NCBI GenBank assembly: GCA_963793655.1
Contig: CAWCAV010000010.1
Coordinates: forward strand, 285,455 to 349,454
Length of the DNA: 64,000 nt
Source: an uncultured Actinomycetes bacterium
Lineage (GTDB): Bacteria; Actinomycetota; Thermoleophilia; Gaiellales; Gaiellaceae
Direction of reading: 5' to 3'
In this document: positions 44,572-56,125 of the stretch, in pieces
How the letters are laid out: each line of letters begins with the position of its first letter
Numbering within the stretch: the stretch's first letter is position 1
The notes under the pieces: generated by a model
Database searches by the model: none
What the model saw: the letters and a program-made list of their open reading frames with translations, nothing else
What the model was told of the DNA's origin: nothing
Program-made: the position numbers and the translations under genes

Positions 44572-45620
44572 GCCATCACGTCCTGCGCGGTCAGAGGCCG
44601 GTGGGCGAAGAACTCGTCCTCGACCCGGTCGCCGATGCGATAGCAGCGGCGTTGGATGTCGAGCAGGGATGCGTGCAGGCCCTGATCGAGCAGGTCGTCG
44701 AGCCGCTGGTAGGCGAACTCCGCGTGCAGGCGGCCCACCTCTCGCCGCGCCTCGCTCTCGGTGCTCGCGCCCGGCATCGGCTCGGAGCCGTTGTAGCCGG
44801 GGGCCTGCTCGCTGATGTGGGCGAGGGCGGCGTCGACCTTCCCGATCGAGAACCGGATCGAACGTGGCAGGACGGCGGAGAGGATGAGCAGCTCGATCAC
44901 CGCGCTCGGCCGGATGCCTCTGCTCTGGATGCGGTGGTACGACTCGTACGCGGAGAGCGAGCGCAGCAGCGTGCCCCACGGCTGCGGGTCGTGCGCCGCC
45001 GCGGCCAGGGCGTGGCGATCGCCGCGCTCGACGTTCGCGCCGACGAGGAGCCGGTAGTTCACGTCGATCGTGCGCGCCGTCCACTCCGCCCGCTCCAGGA
45101 ACTTGCCTGCCTGGAGGAAGTACCAGCCCTCCTCGCGGGGCATCGTCGAGTCGGTGATCCCCTGCAGCAGCTGGCTGAAATCGACGATCGAGCGGCAGAA
45201 GCGCGTGGTGCTCTCGGCGCCGGACGCCGCCTGCCGCCGCCGACCGGGCCGCTGGACGTCGAGATGGAAACGGTTGAGCGCCTCCCACATCTCGGTCGCC
45301 ATCTGGTGGCGCATCGTGTGCGCGTTGTCGCGCGCCCGCGCGATGCACTCCACGATCGAGTTCCCGTTCTCGGACGAGAAGATCAGATGCACCGGCACGG
45401 TCTCCTCGTCGCCCTCCGGGCCTCCGGGCGGGAAGGCCGGGCGCTCGCCGACGATGTCGAGCAGCGCCGCCCAGTGGCGCTGCCGGCGCGCCTCCGCCTC
45501 CGTGGTCGAGCCCATCACGAGGGTGTGCCTGAACGTCGCCTCGGTGAGCCGGGCGGTCTGCTCGGCGCGCTCGACGTAGCGCCCGATCCAGTACAGCGAC
45601 TCCGCCATCCGGCTCAGCAT
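44568..45620 (-). CDS. Alpha-E domain protein (DUF403)
   Basis: MLSRMAESLYWIGRYVERAE, ARDNA, LERAE, PRSI. Confidence 0.95.
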   Translation of the reverse strand: MLSRMAESLYWIGRYVERAEQTARLTEATFRHTLVMGSTTEAEARRQRHWAALLDIVGERPAFPPGGPEGDEETVPVHLIFSSENGNSIVECIARARDNAHTMRHQMATEMWEALNRFHLDVQRPGRRRQAASGAESTTRFCRSIVDFSQLLQGITDSTMPREEGWYFLQAGKFLERAEWTARTIDVNYRLLVGANVERGDRHALAAAAHDPQPWGTLLRSLSAYESYHRIQSRGIRPSAVIELLILSAVLPRSIRFSIGKVDAALAHISEQAPGYNGSEPMPGASTESEARREVGRLHAEFAYQRLDDLLDQGLHASLLDIQRRCYRIGDRVEDEFFAHRPLTAQDVMA

Positions 45621-45633
45621 GGTCTGCGTCCGC

Positions 45634-47137
45634 TCACTGGAGCACCCAGGTGTCCTTGCTGCCGCCGCCCTGGCTCGAGTTGACGACGAGCGAGCCGCGG
45701 ACGAGAGCGACGCGGGTCAGGCCGCCGGGCAGCACGCTGATCCCGTCCGGCCCGCTCAGGACGTACGGCCGCAGATCGACGTGCCGGCCCTGCAGCGTGC
45801 CGGACTCGCCTGCTCGTCGGGCACGAAGGTCGGATGCCGCGAAAGCGGGATCACCGGCTGGGCGATGTAGTCGCGCGGGCTCGCGACGATGCGGGAGCGG
45901 AACTCCTCGAGCTCGCCCTCGTCCGCGGTCGGCCCCATCAGCATCCCGTAGCCGCCGCTCTCGTTCGCCGCCTTCACGACCAGCGAGTCGAGGTTGTGGA
46001 GAACATGATCGAGTTCCTCGGGATCGCTCGGCAGGTACGTCGGCACGTTGTCGAGGATCGGCTCCTCGCCGAGGTAGTAGCGGATGATCTCCGGGACGTA
46101 CCGGTAGACCACCTTGTCGTCGGCGACGCCCGTGCCGATCGCGTTCGCCAGCGTGACGTTGCCCGTGCGGACCGCGCCGAGCAGCCCCGCGACGCCGAGC
46201 ATCGACTCGGAGCGGAAGGCGAGCGGATCGAGGAACTCGTCGTCGATCCGGCGGTAGATGACGTCCACCTGCCGCCGCCCGGTCGTGGTGCGCATGTAGA
46301 CGCGGTTCTCCAGCACGAAGAGGTCGCGGCCCTCGACGAGCTCGACCCCCATCTGCTGGGCGAGGAAGGCATGCTCGAAGTAGGCGGAGTTGTAGATGCC
46401 CGGCGTCAGCACCACCACGCCCGGCCCGCCGGCGGCACCGGGGATGGCCCGTCGCGGCGAGAGGCCGACGAGGTTGTCGAGGAGCTGTCCTGCGTAGGAG
46501 TCGACCGAGCGGACGCCGAGCTCGGCGAACCAGTCGGGCAGCGTCCGCGTCATGATCTGCCGGTTCGCGAGCACGTACGAGACGCCGCTGGGTGTGCGCA
46601 GGTTGTCCTCGAGGACCATCCAGCGACCGTCGTCGCCCCGGATCAGATCGCAGCCCGCGACATGGATGTACTGGTCGTCGGGAACATCGATGCCGACGAC
46701 CTCACGGCGGAAATGGCGAGCCAGGACGACGAGCCGGCGCGGCACGATCCCGTCTCGCAGGATCTCCTGCCCGTGGTAGACGTCGTGGAGGAACCGGTTC
46801 AGCGCCCGGATGCGCTGTCGCAGGCCCGCCTCGACGACCGCCCACTCGTCGGCAGGGAGGATGCGGGGAATCGGGTCGAACGGCAGGATCCGCTCGGCGC
46901 CCTGCTCGCCGTCGGAGTAGACCGTGAACGTCACACCGCGGTGCAGGAACGACCGGTTCGCGAGCTCCGTCGCGCGCCGAAGGTCGGGGCCGTCCATCGA
47001 CGCGATCTGCGCGATGAGCTCCGCGTAGTGGGCCGCGGTACCACGACGCCGTCGGAACCGCGCTCGAACGCCTCGTCGTAGAAGCCGCCGGTGTCGTAGC
47101 CGTCCCGGAGCACGCCGCCGGGTGCCGACTGCGGCAT
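45634..47137 (-). CDS. Circularly permuted type 2 ATP-grasp protein, frameshifted at both ends
   Basis: [47 protein letters not shown]. Confidence 0.95.
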
Positions 47138-47311
47138 CGCCGGCCTCGTCAACCCGCTGCCCCGCTGCGCCGAGCTCGCCTCAAGCTATCCACCTGGAGC
47201 AGAACCTAGCTGCTGCCCCCAAGCGGCCCTCGTTCGGCGCCTTGTCGGCGCACTGGGTGCGGGCCTGGTGGGCGTTAGCCAATTGGCGCTGACCTACCAT
47301 CGAGAGATCAA

Positions 47312-47390
47312 GGTCGCCTCGTCGAACGGAGTTCGTTCGGGTACAGACCCCGGAGGTCGGCGGTTCGACTTCCATCCTGGGGCGCAACCA
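47312..47390 (+). repeat. Dispersed hairpin + tRNA-3'-half-like element, copy 2
   Basis: Similar to 21491-21560; ends GGGGCGCAACCA. Confidence 0.55.
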
Positions 47391-47713
47391 GGAGGTCGAA
47401 CTCGTCCGAACCGGCGAGCCGAATCGGCCGGAAATCAGCATGAGCAAGCGGTCGGCGACCCCCAGCCTGCAAATTGGGTCCCGGTGGTGGTCTGGGTGGG
47501 TCGCTGTGCCGCTCGCTGAGCGTTCAAGCGGGATGGGGCGCGTGCGTTCGGTCGACGGCTTTTTGGTGTGCTGAGCGCCGTCGCGTCGTCGCTGAACCGG
47601 TTCCAGTCGGGCGGCCCGCCGAAAGCGGAAACGGCCGCACCGGCCGATCCGACGTGGACAAGCTGGACGAAGGGGTCGTTCGACACCGGCATTTCAGTCG
47701 TAGCGTCCGAGGC

Positions 47714-47986
47714 ATGGGGGATGGGTGGACATTTGCTGTGACGCTCGTCAAGCCGGGCCTCGCAGTTCCCTACTTTGAGGTCGGGACGTACCGCTACACC
47801 GGTGCGTCGTTTCCCCATGTGGGAGACATCGTTACGATCACGAAAGCCACCACCGACGCCGAGGAACGGGAGGAAATGATTGCCTACGTGACTCGAGTTG
47901 ACCCAACGTCGGAAACGCCGATCAGAGTCACGGAAGCCACTGGCGTGACGTCCACGTCGCCCGACGACTTCACCGTTGTGGACTAG
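47714..47986 (+). CDS. Small hypothetical protein
   Basis: Protein-like composition (PHVGDIVTIT...AYVTRVD). Confidence 0.55.
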   Translation: MGDGWTFAVTLVKPGLAVPYFEVGTYRYTGASFPHVGDIVTITKATTDAEEREEMIAYVTRVDPTSETPIRVTEATGVTSTSPDDFTVVD

Positions 47987-48067
47987 CCACTACCTCGTTT
48001 CCCATCGCAGGCCACCTCGCACGGCGCGTGTACCGACCGACGAGAAGCGTGACGGCGGCCTCCGACC

Positions 48068-48277
48068 CTAGGCGGCGGTGGCCGCCCGCGGCTGCTGCTT
48101 CGTGACGTCGTGCACGGGGACAATCTCCGGCGGCGCGGCCGTGGGAGTGGTCTTCAGATACGGCTCCCGGGGGTTGCAGTCGCCGAGCCCGTACGCGCCG
48201 ATGATCCCCAGGACGCGCCCGCACAGCTCTTCGGTCTCTGTGGGTTCGACGTGTGTCACGTTTGCCTCCTCCGCCAT
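48068..48277 (-). CDS. Small hypothetical protein
   Basis: ATG start, plausible composition. Confidence 0.4.
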   Translation of the reverse strand: MAEEANVTHVEPTETEELCGRVLGIIGAYGLGDCNPREPYLKTTPTAAPPEIVPVHDVTKQQPRAATAA

Positions 48278-48489
48278 GTCGCTTCACGCGGGCTGGAGGC
48301 AGCGCGGTTGCCGGTCAACGCAGGCTCCGATGCCTCGCAATCGGCCCGCCCGAACGGTACGACGTGGGGTGGACGCCCGCGCCGTAGGCCGAATTGTCGC
48401 GCCGTCAGCGACATCTTCCGAGCCTCGATGCATCGCGCACGCGACTCGGAAGTGCGATTTCTTCGCTAACAGCGAGGAATTGAGAGCGT

Positions 48490-48747
48490 CTATGCGAGCC
48501 CTTCGCGCTGTCGCCAGGCGTGCTCCTGGAGTAGCACGCGACGGAGCTCGGCCAATGCGCCGGCCGGTCGATTGTCGAGCACCCAGACGATTGCCTCGCG
48601 CTCGAGGATGGTGAGCGCAACGTCGGGAACGTCGCTGGCAACAGCGCCCTCGAGACTTTCGGCGGTGTCGGTGAAGCCGCCGCGGCGCAGAAGGCGCGCA
48701 AGGTCGAGAGCGGCCTCGTCGGCGATCTCGATGCCTGCGAGTCGCAT
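48490..48747 (-). CDS. Small conserved hypothetical protein (Gaiella-type)
   Basis: MRLAG...LARLLR...ALTILEREAI...LAELRRVLLQEH pattern recognised from memory. Confidence 0.65.
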   Translation of the reverse strand: MRLAGIEIADEAALDLARLLRRGGFTDTAESLEGAVASDVPDVALTILEREAIVWVLDNRPAGALAELRRVLLQEHAWRQREGLA

Positions 48748-48849
48748 CTGCCAGCCGGTTCTTGACGACGCGTGCGAGTGGCAAACCCGTGGCGGGTGTG
48801 TCGAGCTGTGTCTGGCCGGAAATGCGATGACGATCGGAGGCGGAGCAAC

Positions 48850-49265
48850 GTAAGGGTCACCCAGAACGGAACCTTTACGGTTGCGGTTGGCGAAACTGGC
48901 GCGGCCAAGACGCTGCCGTTGACGGGCGTCACAGTCGCGGGGAAGTGCGAGCTGGTGACTGCACCACCGGCTCCGTCTGAGGGCGGTCTGGCGAGGATCC
49001 TTCTTCGGCGTCAAGTGGGACGATGGACGCGGTTGCCTCCTCCGGGACGGGGCGGACAGGTCGGTACGTTCGGGGGTACGACTGGGACGACCGGGCCCGC
49101 CGCAGTAGCTGGCAAGCGGCGCGTCCAGCGCCATCGCGAATGGGGTTGGATCGGCGATCGTGACGGCGAACGGCGCAACCGCAACGATCACATTTGGAAC
49201 GCACGTCGACACGACCACGAAGAGCTGCGCGTACCTGTGGCAGGCGACGGAGGCGCCGAACTAAA
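48850..49265 (+). pseudogene. Fragment of a secreted beta-rich protein
   Basis: VTQNGTFTVAVG...AGKC and ATITFGTH...SCAYLWQA in different frames; no start. Confidence 0.4.
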
Positions 49266-49287
49266 CAGGGGCTGAGATCCGAAGGTC

Positions 49288-49316
49288 AAAGGGGTCGCCG
49301 ATGAGGCGGCCCCTTT
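49288..49316. terminator. Probable bidirectional intrinsic terminator
   Basis: AAAGGGGTCGCC-GATGA-GGCGGCCCCTTT. Confidence 0.7.
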
Positions 49317-49442
49317 CGTTGGCGCGACTGCGACGATCAGAGCAGCTCGTAGTGCCAGCGGTTGCGCACCAGCCGCGCGCAGCGTGTCAGACGCTTGTCA
49401 GATCAGGAATGTTCGGGGGCCGGGCAGTACAGGCGCGACCTT

Positions 49443-49484
49443 CCCTCGCGTGCATGCGCGTGCGCGCGATAAAGAGGTAAGCGT
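49443..49484 (+). repeat. Dispersed motif with 22-nt alternating purine-pyrimidine tract, copy 1
   Basis: CCCTCGCGTGC...GTGCGCGCGAT..AGAGGTA shared with 58958-59002. Confidence 0.6.
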
Positions 49485-49595
49485 CGGGACCGGCGGGCGC
49501 CAGGCCCGCCGCGGAACGGCGGCTCGCCGGGGCTGGAACCACGTTGCCTGCCCGCGGAGCCACCGCCGCACGTGCACGGTACGCGCATCAATCCG

Positions 49596-49943
49596 TCAGG
49601 CCACGTCTTCGATGATCTCGACCAGCTCGTCCAGGCGGTAGCCCTGGTGGCGGGCGAAGTCGACGAGCTCCCTCGCTCGCTGGACGACGGCGCCACGTTC
49701 GGGCGTTCCTGCAACCGAGATGCCACGTCCGCGCCGGAACTCGAGCAGTCCCTCGTCGCGGAGCACCCGTAGCGAACGCAGCACGGTGTTCGTGTTGACG
49801 CCGAGGACGGCGGCGAGATCCTTGGCAGGCGGGAGGCGCTCTCCCGGCTTTGCCTCTCCGTCGGCGATCGCGCGTCGGATCTCGCCGGCGACCTGCTCGT
49901 AGAGATCGGTGGGATCGCGTCTGTCGACCTTGACATTCAGCAT
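49596..49943 (-). CDS. GntR family regulator (YtrA subfamily)
   Basis: LYEQV...PGERLPPAKDLAAVLGVNTNTV, short C-terminus. Confidence 0.93.
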   Translation of the reverse strand: MLNVKVDRRDPTDLYEQVAGEIRRAIADGEAKPGERLPPAKDLAAVLGVNTNTVLRSLRVLRDEGLLEFRRGRGISVAGTPERGAVVQRARELVDFARHQGYRLDELVEIIEDVA

Positions 49944-49944
49944 G

Positions 49945-49963
49945 GTGCTAGTAATACTAGCGC
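49945..49963. promoter_or_regulatory. Palindromic YtrA-type operator between divergent genes
   Basis: GCTAGTA-A-TACTAGC adjacent to the GntR start. Confidence 0.65.
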
Positions 49964-49984
49964 AATAGAGTCAGGGAGGCAGCC

Positions 49985-51228
49985 ATGACCGTTACCGCTC
50001 CGCCTCGCCCGCCCCGTCCGAGCGATCCCGTCGATCGCGAGGAGCTCGAGGCGCTCGTCGAGGCGCTGATCGAAGAGGCGAGGCAGCGCGCGCGCCGGCG
50101 ACGGCGCATGTACGCGGCCGTCCTTGTCGGCGTTGCTCGTCAGTCGCCGTGGTCTTCGTCGTTGGGCGGACCGCGCAGCAGAAGCGGACCGCTTCCCCGC
50201 GCTGGCCGCACGATCAGGTGCTGCGCCGGGGCGCCCAACTCGAAGATCGCGTTCGCGTCTTAGTCCGCCGGGGGTCAGCCGGGTCTTAGCGGGTAGAGAT
50301 CTACGTCATCAACCCCGATGGAAGCGGGAGCGGAGGCGGAGAGTGGTACGAGACGCCTGCGTTGACCACGACTCTACGCACCTGCCTGGTCACCCGACCG
50401 TCGAAAGCTCGTATTCGCGAACCGGGTCGAGCGCAGCGCAAGTGAGTGAGGCCGGGCGGTCTCTGCAAAAGGAGATATTCGTGGTCAACGCCGATGGGAG
50501 CGGGCAGCAGAGGTTGACGCGAAAGGCGGGGGCCGATTCGACCATCCGGCCTGGTCGCCGGACGGCGGAAGATCGCCTTCCTCGGGCCGGCGCAACGGGC
50601 ACGGACTGGAACGTCTTCGTGATGAACGCCGACGGAAGTGAGCAGCGAAGCTGGCGGCCGCCGGGGCACGAGCTTGGGCCGGGGTGGTCGCCCGACGGGC
50701 AGACGATCGTATTCAGTGCCCCGCCGCGCCACTCGGCTTCGACCACGGACGTCTACGTCATCAACGCCGAGGGGGGCGGGCAGCGGAACCTGACGCACAC
50801 GCCGACGACGAGGTCGATCCCGCCTGGTCGCCCGACGGGCAGCAGATCGCTATCGCCTTAACGTGCTTGCGGCTCCGACATCTGGCTCATGAACGCCGAT
50901 GGGAGCGGCCAGCGCAGGTTGACGAGCGGTGCGGCGCACGATCGCGTTCCCAACTGGTCGCCCGACGGGCGGACGATCGCCTTCACGGGCGTCGGCGGCA
51001 TCTACACCGTCCACGCCGACGGCACTGGGCTGCGCAAGCTCACCGGCCCCGGCCTACGGTCCCAAATGGTCGCCGGACGGACGGCAGATCGCCTTCATCA
51101 GTGAGCGCGACGATCCCGCCCACCGCACCTCCGACGTCTTCGTCATGAACGCCGACGGCAGCGGGCAGCGAAACCTCACGCACACCCCGAACGTCTCGGA
51201 ACACACCACGTCCTGGGCTCCCGGCTAG
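49985..51228 (+). CDS. TolB-like beta-propeller (PD40 repeats) membrane protein, multiply frameshifted
   Basis: Repeated WSPDG..IAF and VMNADGSGQRNLT; N-terminal ALIEEARQRARRRR + TM. Confidence 0.8.
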
Positions 51229-51356
51229 AAGCGGCGAGGCAGGTTGCCGCTGTGGCGGTCGACCACGCCGCATGACGCACGATCGGAAGCTGGCGCGGGT
51301 TCGATGCCCACCGGCCTTCTTGTTTGCGTCCTCGCGAAACGCGTGCGAGCGGCCGG

Positions 51357-51669
51357 TCAGTGATTGGCGCGGCGGAGGGACTTCTGGTGCGCCGCCCAGG
51401 ATCCGGGCTTCCCGTAGGGGACGCACTTGGTGGTGCCCGATGGCATGACGTACACCTCGCACGCCGGTCCGACGCTCGCGGGCTTGTGGGAGGACGGGCA
51501 GCGCGACAAACCAGATAGTCGCGGCGGCGAGCCCACAGACAATGATCAGGAGCGGGAGCACACTACTCGGCTGGCCCGCCCGCTGGCTTGCAACAGCGAC
51601 CTCGGGCAATCCGTAGGCATACACAGGTCTGGCCGCAGACATCGTTGAAACCTCCCCCATACGAGTCAT
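51357..51669 (-). CDS. Small membrane protein, frameshifted; start uncertain
   Basis: TM segment then CEVYVMPSGTTKC. Confidence 0.45.
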
Positions 51670-51707
51670 CAACTCTTCCCCATACGAGGCACCACCTCTT
51701 CCCCCAT
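51655..51707. repeat. Three imperfect direct repeats, about 23-bp period
   Basis: CCCCATACGAG at 51655 and 51678; CTCTTCCCC at 51673 and 51696. Confidence 0.55.
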
Positions 51708-51903
51708 CTGGGGAGCCTCAGGCTCGACTCGGGTTCAGTCCCGGGCACCTCGAGGTGCTGACGGAAGCGCCCGGCACCACTGCCATCGATCTCACCGAGA
51801 AGAACCGAGCGTGCTCTGCAGCGTAGTCCTCGACGAATCGACTGGCCAGGGCCGCGAGCCAGATGCCCCCGCGGCCCTGGGGAAGCCAGTCCTCCTGACC
51901 TTC

Positions 51904-52568
51904 CTACGGGATTGTTGGGCAGCTCGCAGGCTGCGGCTGGTCGATTCGAATTCCGGTGTTCGGTGTCCCAGCCGGCAGGTAGTAGAGGGCATAGACAACG
52001 AGTGGCTCCGAGCCGTCTCTCGGTAGTTGTGAACCTCCGTGGTCGGCTGGAAGAAGCTGGTGCCGGTGGCGTACTTGTGGGCGGGACATCCAGAGACGCC
52101 GTGGTAGAGTGTTCCTTCACCCTGGGCGACCGAGACCAGCGTCGGGCCGGGATGGGTGTGCCACCCGGTGTGTCCTCCGGGGGCAATCGTCAGCTGTTGG
52201 AACGCCATATCGCAGGGGGACGCGGCACCACAGGACATAAGACGCTGGACGGTCTCGACCTGAAAGCTGACGCGCTTCCTCAGCGTCTTCTTTCCGACAC
52301 GTACCTGCACCGTCCTCGTGACCGTGGTCGTCTGCGGAACACCTATGACGGTCTCGTGCGTGAGCGGTCCGCGTGCGACAATCGGACCACCGACGATCGA
52401 GGCACCCGGCGTCGCCGAGGCCGCCCGACGCCAAGCGCGACGGCCACGGTGACGAGAGCTCCAAGGACCGCACCGAGCATGACCAACCGGTGCCCTCGAG
52501 CTTTCGCCGAGCCCTCCCGTACGAGCGAACCGCTCGTCCCTGTTGTCCTGCTCCGAAGGAAACTTCAT
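51904..52568 (-). CDS. Secreted cupin domain protein, frameshifted
   Basis: IAPGGHTGWHTHPGP...QGE...VHNY. Confidence 0.8.
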
Positions 52569-52962
52569 GTCCGTCCTCCTGTTGGTGGAGCTTCGGAGGC
52601 TAGGCCTGCAGCGCGTGATCAAACACGGTGTCACCTGGCTAATGCGAGGGAGGCTTGCCCTCCAACGTTCAGGGTGGTGGCTCCCTGACTTGGATCCGGT
52701 CCGCCGTGCGTACCCGTGAGTGTCGTGCGGCGATGTTCCCCGCTCTTGGTTTCTCCCCGGCGAGGCCGAGACGGGGGCCGAGACGGTCGCTAGACAGGCG
52801 CGCTCGAAGCGCGCGCGCTGGGAGCATCGGGCGGCAGGACCAGGAGCTGCGCGTCCTCCGCCAACGAGTGCACTAGGCTACGTCCGCCTCAGCCTCGGCG
52901 GTCAAGCGGAAACACCACACGGCGGGAGCAAGGCTCTCGCGTCGTAGCCCATGGTGAGCTGC

Positions 52963-54115
52963 TCACGAGGGCTGCAACGAGGGTGGCTCCGTCGCAGGCT
53001 CGCGGATGCCGAGCACGTTGAACGCCGGGACCGGGCGCTGGAAGCCCTTGAGCGTGAACTCGCCGACCGGCTCGACCTCGACGTCGTCCTCGACCTCCGC
53101 GTAGAGGCGCTGCGCGATCAGGATCTGGCCGCCGGTCGCCTCGTCGGCGAGCCGCGAGGCGAGATTCGTCACCGCGCCGATCGCCGCGTAGTCGGAGCGC
53201 CCCTCGAAGCCGACCTCGCCGCAGGTCGCGTAGCCGAGCGCGATGCCGACGCCGAAGTCGAGCTCGTAGCCGCGCTTCCGCCAGCGCGGCGTCAGCTCGG
53301 CCATCTCCTCGCGCAGCGCGCAGCGCCAGCCGCACGGCCCGCAGCGGCGCGTCGGGGATCTCGATCGGGTCGTTGAAGAAGAGCTGGACGCCGTCGCCCT
53401 CGAGGAAGCCGACCGTCGCGTCGAAGCGGCTCGACGAGGCGGCCGATCGTCGTCGTGGAACTCGCCGAGCACGCGCATCAGCTCCTCCGGCTCGACGGCG
53501 TCGACGAAGCTCGTCCAGCCGCGCAGGTCGGCGAAGAGCATCGCGACCTGCCGGCGGTGGCTGCGCAGGATCGACTCGTCGCCCGAGGAGACGATCGCGT
53601 CGGCGAGCTGCGGCGAGAGGAACCGCCGCAGCCGCTGCAGCCGCTCGAGCTCCTCGACCTGCGTCTGCACGCGCTCCTCGAGCGTCCGGTTCAGCTCGAG
53701 CAGCTCGCGGCCTGGCCTTGATCGTGTCGTGGTAGCGCTTGATCCGGAGCAGCGACCGGACGCGGGTCGAGCAGCTCGTCGTGGTTGAACGGCTTCGGGA
53801 TGAAGTCGTCCGCGCCGGCCTCGATCGCCTTCGTCTTCTCCGGCCCCTCGCTCGCCGTGAGCATGATCACCGGCAGCACCGCCGTCTCCTCGTGCTCGCG
53901 GAGCTGCCGGCAGACGGCGTAGCCGTCGGGCTGCGGCATCATCACGTCGAGCAGGACGAGGTCCGGCTTCGCCGACTCGGCGAGCTCGAGCGCCGCACGG
54001 CCGTCGGTGGCCGAGACGACGTCGTAGCCGTGCGGCTACGAGCACGGCCTCGAGCAGGCGCACGTTCTCCGGGACGTCGTCGACGACGAGGATCCGTCGC
54101 CGCGTCGTCGCTCAT
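52963..54115 (-). CDS. Response regulator receiver + class III nucleotidyl cyclase, frameshifted
   Basis: LVVDD, LLDVMMP, FIPKPF; [27 protein letters not shown]. Confidence 0.9.
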
Positions 54116-54494
54116 CGAGCGTCTCTCCTCGCAGTAGCGCCTCACGGTCGCGACGAGCTCGGCGACGTCCACCGGCTTCGAGAGGTAGCCGTCGAAGCCG
54201 GCGGCGAGGAAGCGCTCGCGGTCTCCCTCCATCGCCTGCGCGGTCAGGGCGAGCACCGGCATCGACGGCGGTCCGCTCGTCCGCCCGCAGGCGGCCGAGC
54301 GCCTCGACGCCGTCGATGTCCGGGAGCTGGATGTCCATGAGCACGAGGTCGGGCGGTGCTCGGTCGCCAGCTCGACCGCGCGTTCGCCGGTCGTCGCCTC
54401 GAGCGTGCGGTAGCCCGGTCGCCTGGAGCACGTCGCGGAACAGCTTCATGTTCTTCTCGTTGTCCTCGACGACGAGGATCTGCGCGCCCGTCAT
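54112..54494 (-). CDS. Single-domain response regulator (DivK-like), frameshifted; end approximate
   Basis: [29 protein letters not shown]. Confidence 0.88.
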
Positions 54495-56121
54495 CGCTCG
54501 ACCGCCTCCACGGGCAGCGTGAACACGAACGTGCTGCCCTTGCCGAGCTCGCTCTCGACCCAGATGCGGCCGCCGTGCAGCTCGACGAGGCGCTTCGAGA
54601 GCGCGAGCCCGAGACCGGTTCCCTCGCGCTGCTCGCGCCCGGCCTCGGTCTGCTGGAACTCCTCGAAGATCCGCTCGTGATCCTCGGGGGCGATGCCGGG
54701 GCCGGTGTCGGCGACGGAGACCCTCACCTCGCCGTTCGCCTGCGTCGCGCTGACGTCGACCAGCCCGCCCGCGGGCGTGAACTTCACGGCGTTCGAGAGC
54801 AGGTTGAAGATGACCTGCCTGATCCGGCGCTCGTCGCCGGTGACGACGTCGAGGCCGCCGTTCGGCGTGGAGCGTCGACCTGACGCCGTTCCTGGTCGCC
54901 CGCTCGCGCACCATCGACGACGCCGCGCTCGAGCGCGTCGCCGCAGCGAGAACGGCGCGACCTCGAGCTCGCACCTGGCCCGCCTCGACCTTGGACAGGT
55001 CGAGGACGTCGTTGATGAGCGAGAGCAGGTGGTTGCCCGAGGCGAGGATGTCGTCGAGGTACTCCGCCTGCTTCTCGTTGACCTCGCCGAACATCCCTTC
55101 GCGCAGCACCTGCGAGAAGCCGATGATCGCGTTCAGCGGCGTCCGCAGCTCGTGCGACATGTTGGCCAGGAACTCCGACTTGTGCTGGCTGGCCGTCTCG
55201 AGCTCCCGGTAGAGGCGCTGGAGCTCGTCGTTCATCCGGTTCACGTTCGCCGCCAGCGCGCCGAGCTCGTCGCGGTTCGTGACGTCCACGTGCCCCGAGA
55301 AGTCGCCCGACGCGATCGCGGCCAGCCGGGAGTCGATCCGCTGGATCGGGCCGATCACCGACCACGAGAGGACGAACCCCAGCAGCAGCGCGAGGACGAT
55401 CGCCCCCGCCGCGACGCCGATGAACAGGTTGCGCGAGCGCGCGTACGCGCTCGCGTTCTGGGCGATCAGGGCGTCCGTCTTCGCCGTCGTGGCATTCGCG
55501 AGCTCGGTCGCAGGTTGGTTGAGGTCGATGGCGAGCAGCTCGGCCTCGCGCCCGAAGGGACGTCGCTCGTGGCGAGCCGGCCTCGCGGCGCTCGATGATC
55601 TCTCGCATCACGCTCGAGAGCTGCTCGCCGGTCGCCCGGATCCGCGCAGGGAGCGCTCGTCCTCGGGCGGCGGCCGGAATCCGAGATTGTCGGGGAAGGT
55701 CGACGCCGGGATCTGTGCGGCGGCGCTCGCGATCGCCCGGTCGATCGCCAGGCCGGCTGCGTCGTCCTCCGTCCGATTCAGGTCCGGGAGACCTTGTAGA
55801 AGTCGCCGCCGACGTTCTCCGCGAGCAGCAGGCGAACGTGGCAGGCGTCGCTCCGGAGCTTGCCGTAGGCGAAGGCTCGTTCCTGGAGCGTTCCGAGCGT
55901 CTCCACTCGCTCGTTCGACTGCCCGAGGAGTCGCAGCCCGAGCACGCCCAGCGACGACGACGAGCAGGGCCGTGCCCACGAAGGCGACGAGCAGCTTGGC
56001 GTGGACCCCGGCCGGCACGCGGCCGACAGCCCGGACGAGGGGGTTGTCGGCAGGGCTCAGCAGCCGGCGTCTCGAGGCGCCGGCTGCTGTCGTCCCTGCG
56101 GCACGCGGGCTCCGCCGACAA
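54491..56121 (-). CDS. HAMP-domain sensor histidine kinase, frameshifted
   Basis: Two TMs, [34 protein letters not shown]. Confidence 0.9.
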
Positions 56122-56125
56122 GTGC

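Noticed and set aside
47312-47390. Intact tRNA gene
   Set aside because: No acceptor stem or D-arm can be formed; only a degenerate 3' half
50300-51228. CRISPR-like periodic repeats (AACGCCGACGG, TGGTCGCCCGACGG)
   Set aside because: These are coding PD40 propeller repeats; no cas genes or constant repeat-spacer structure
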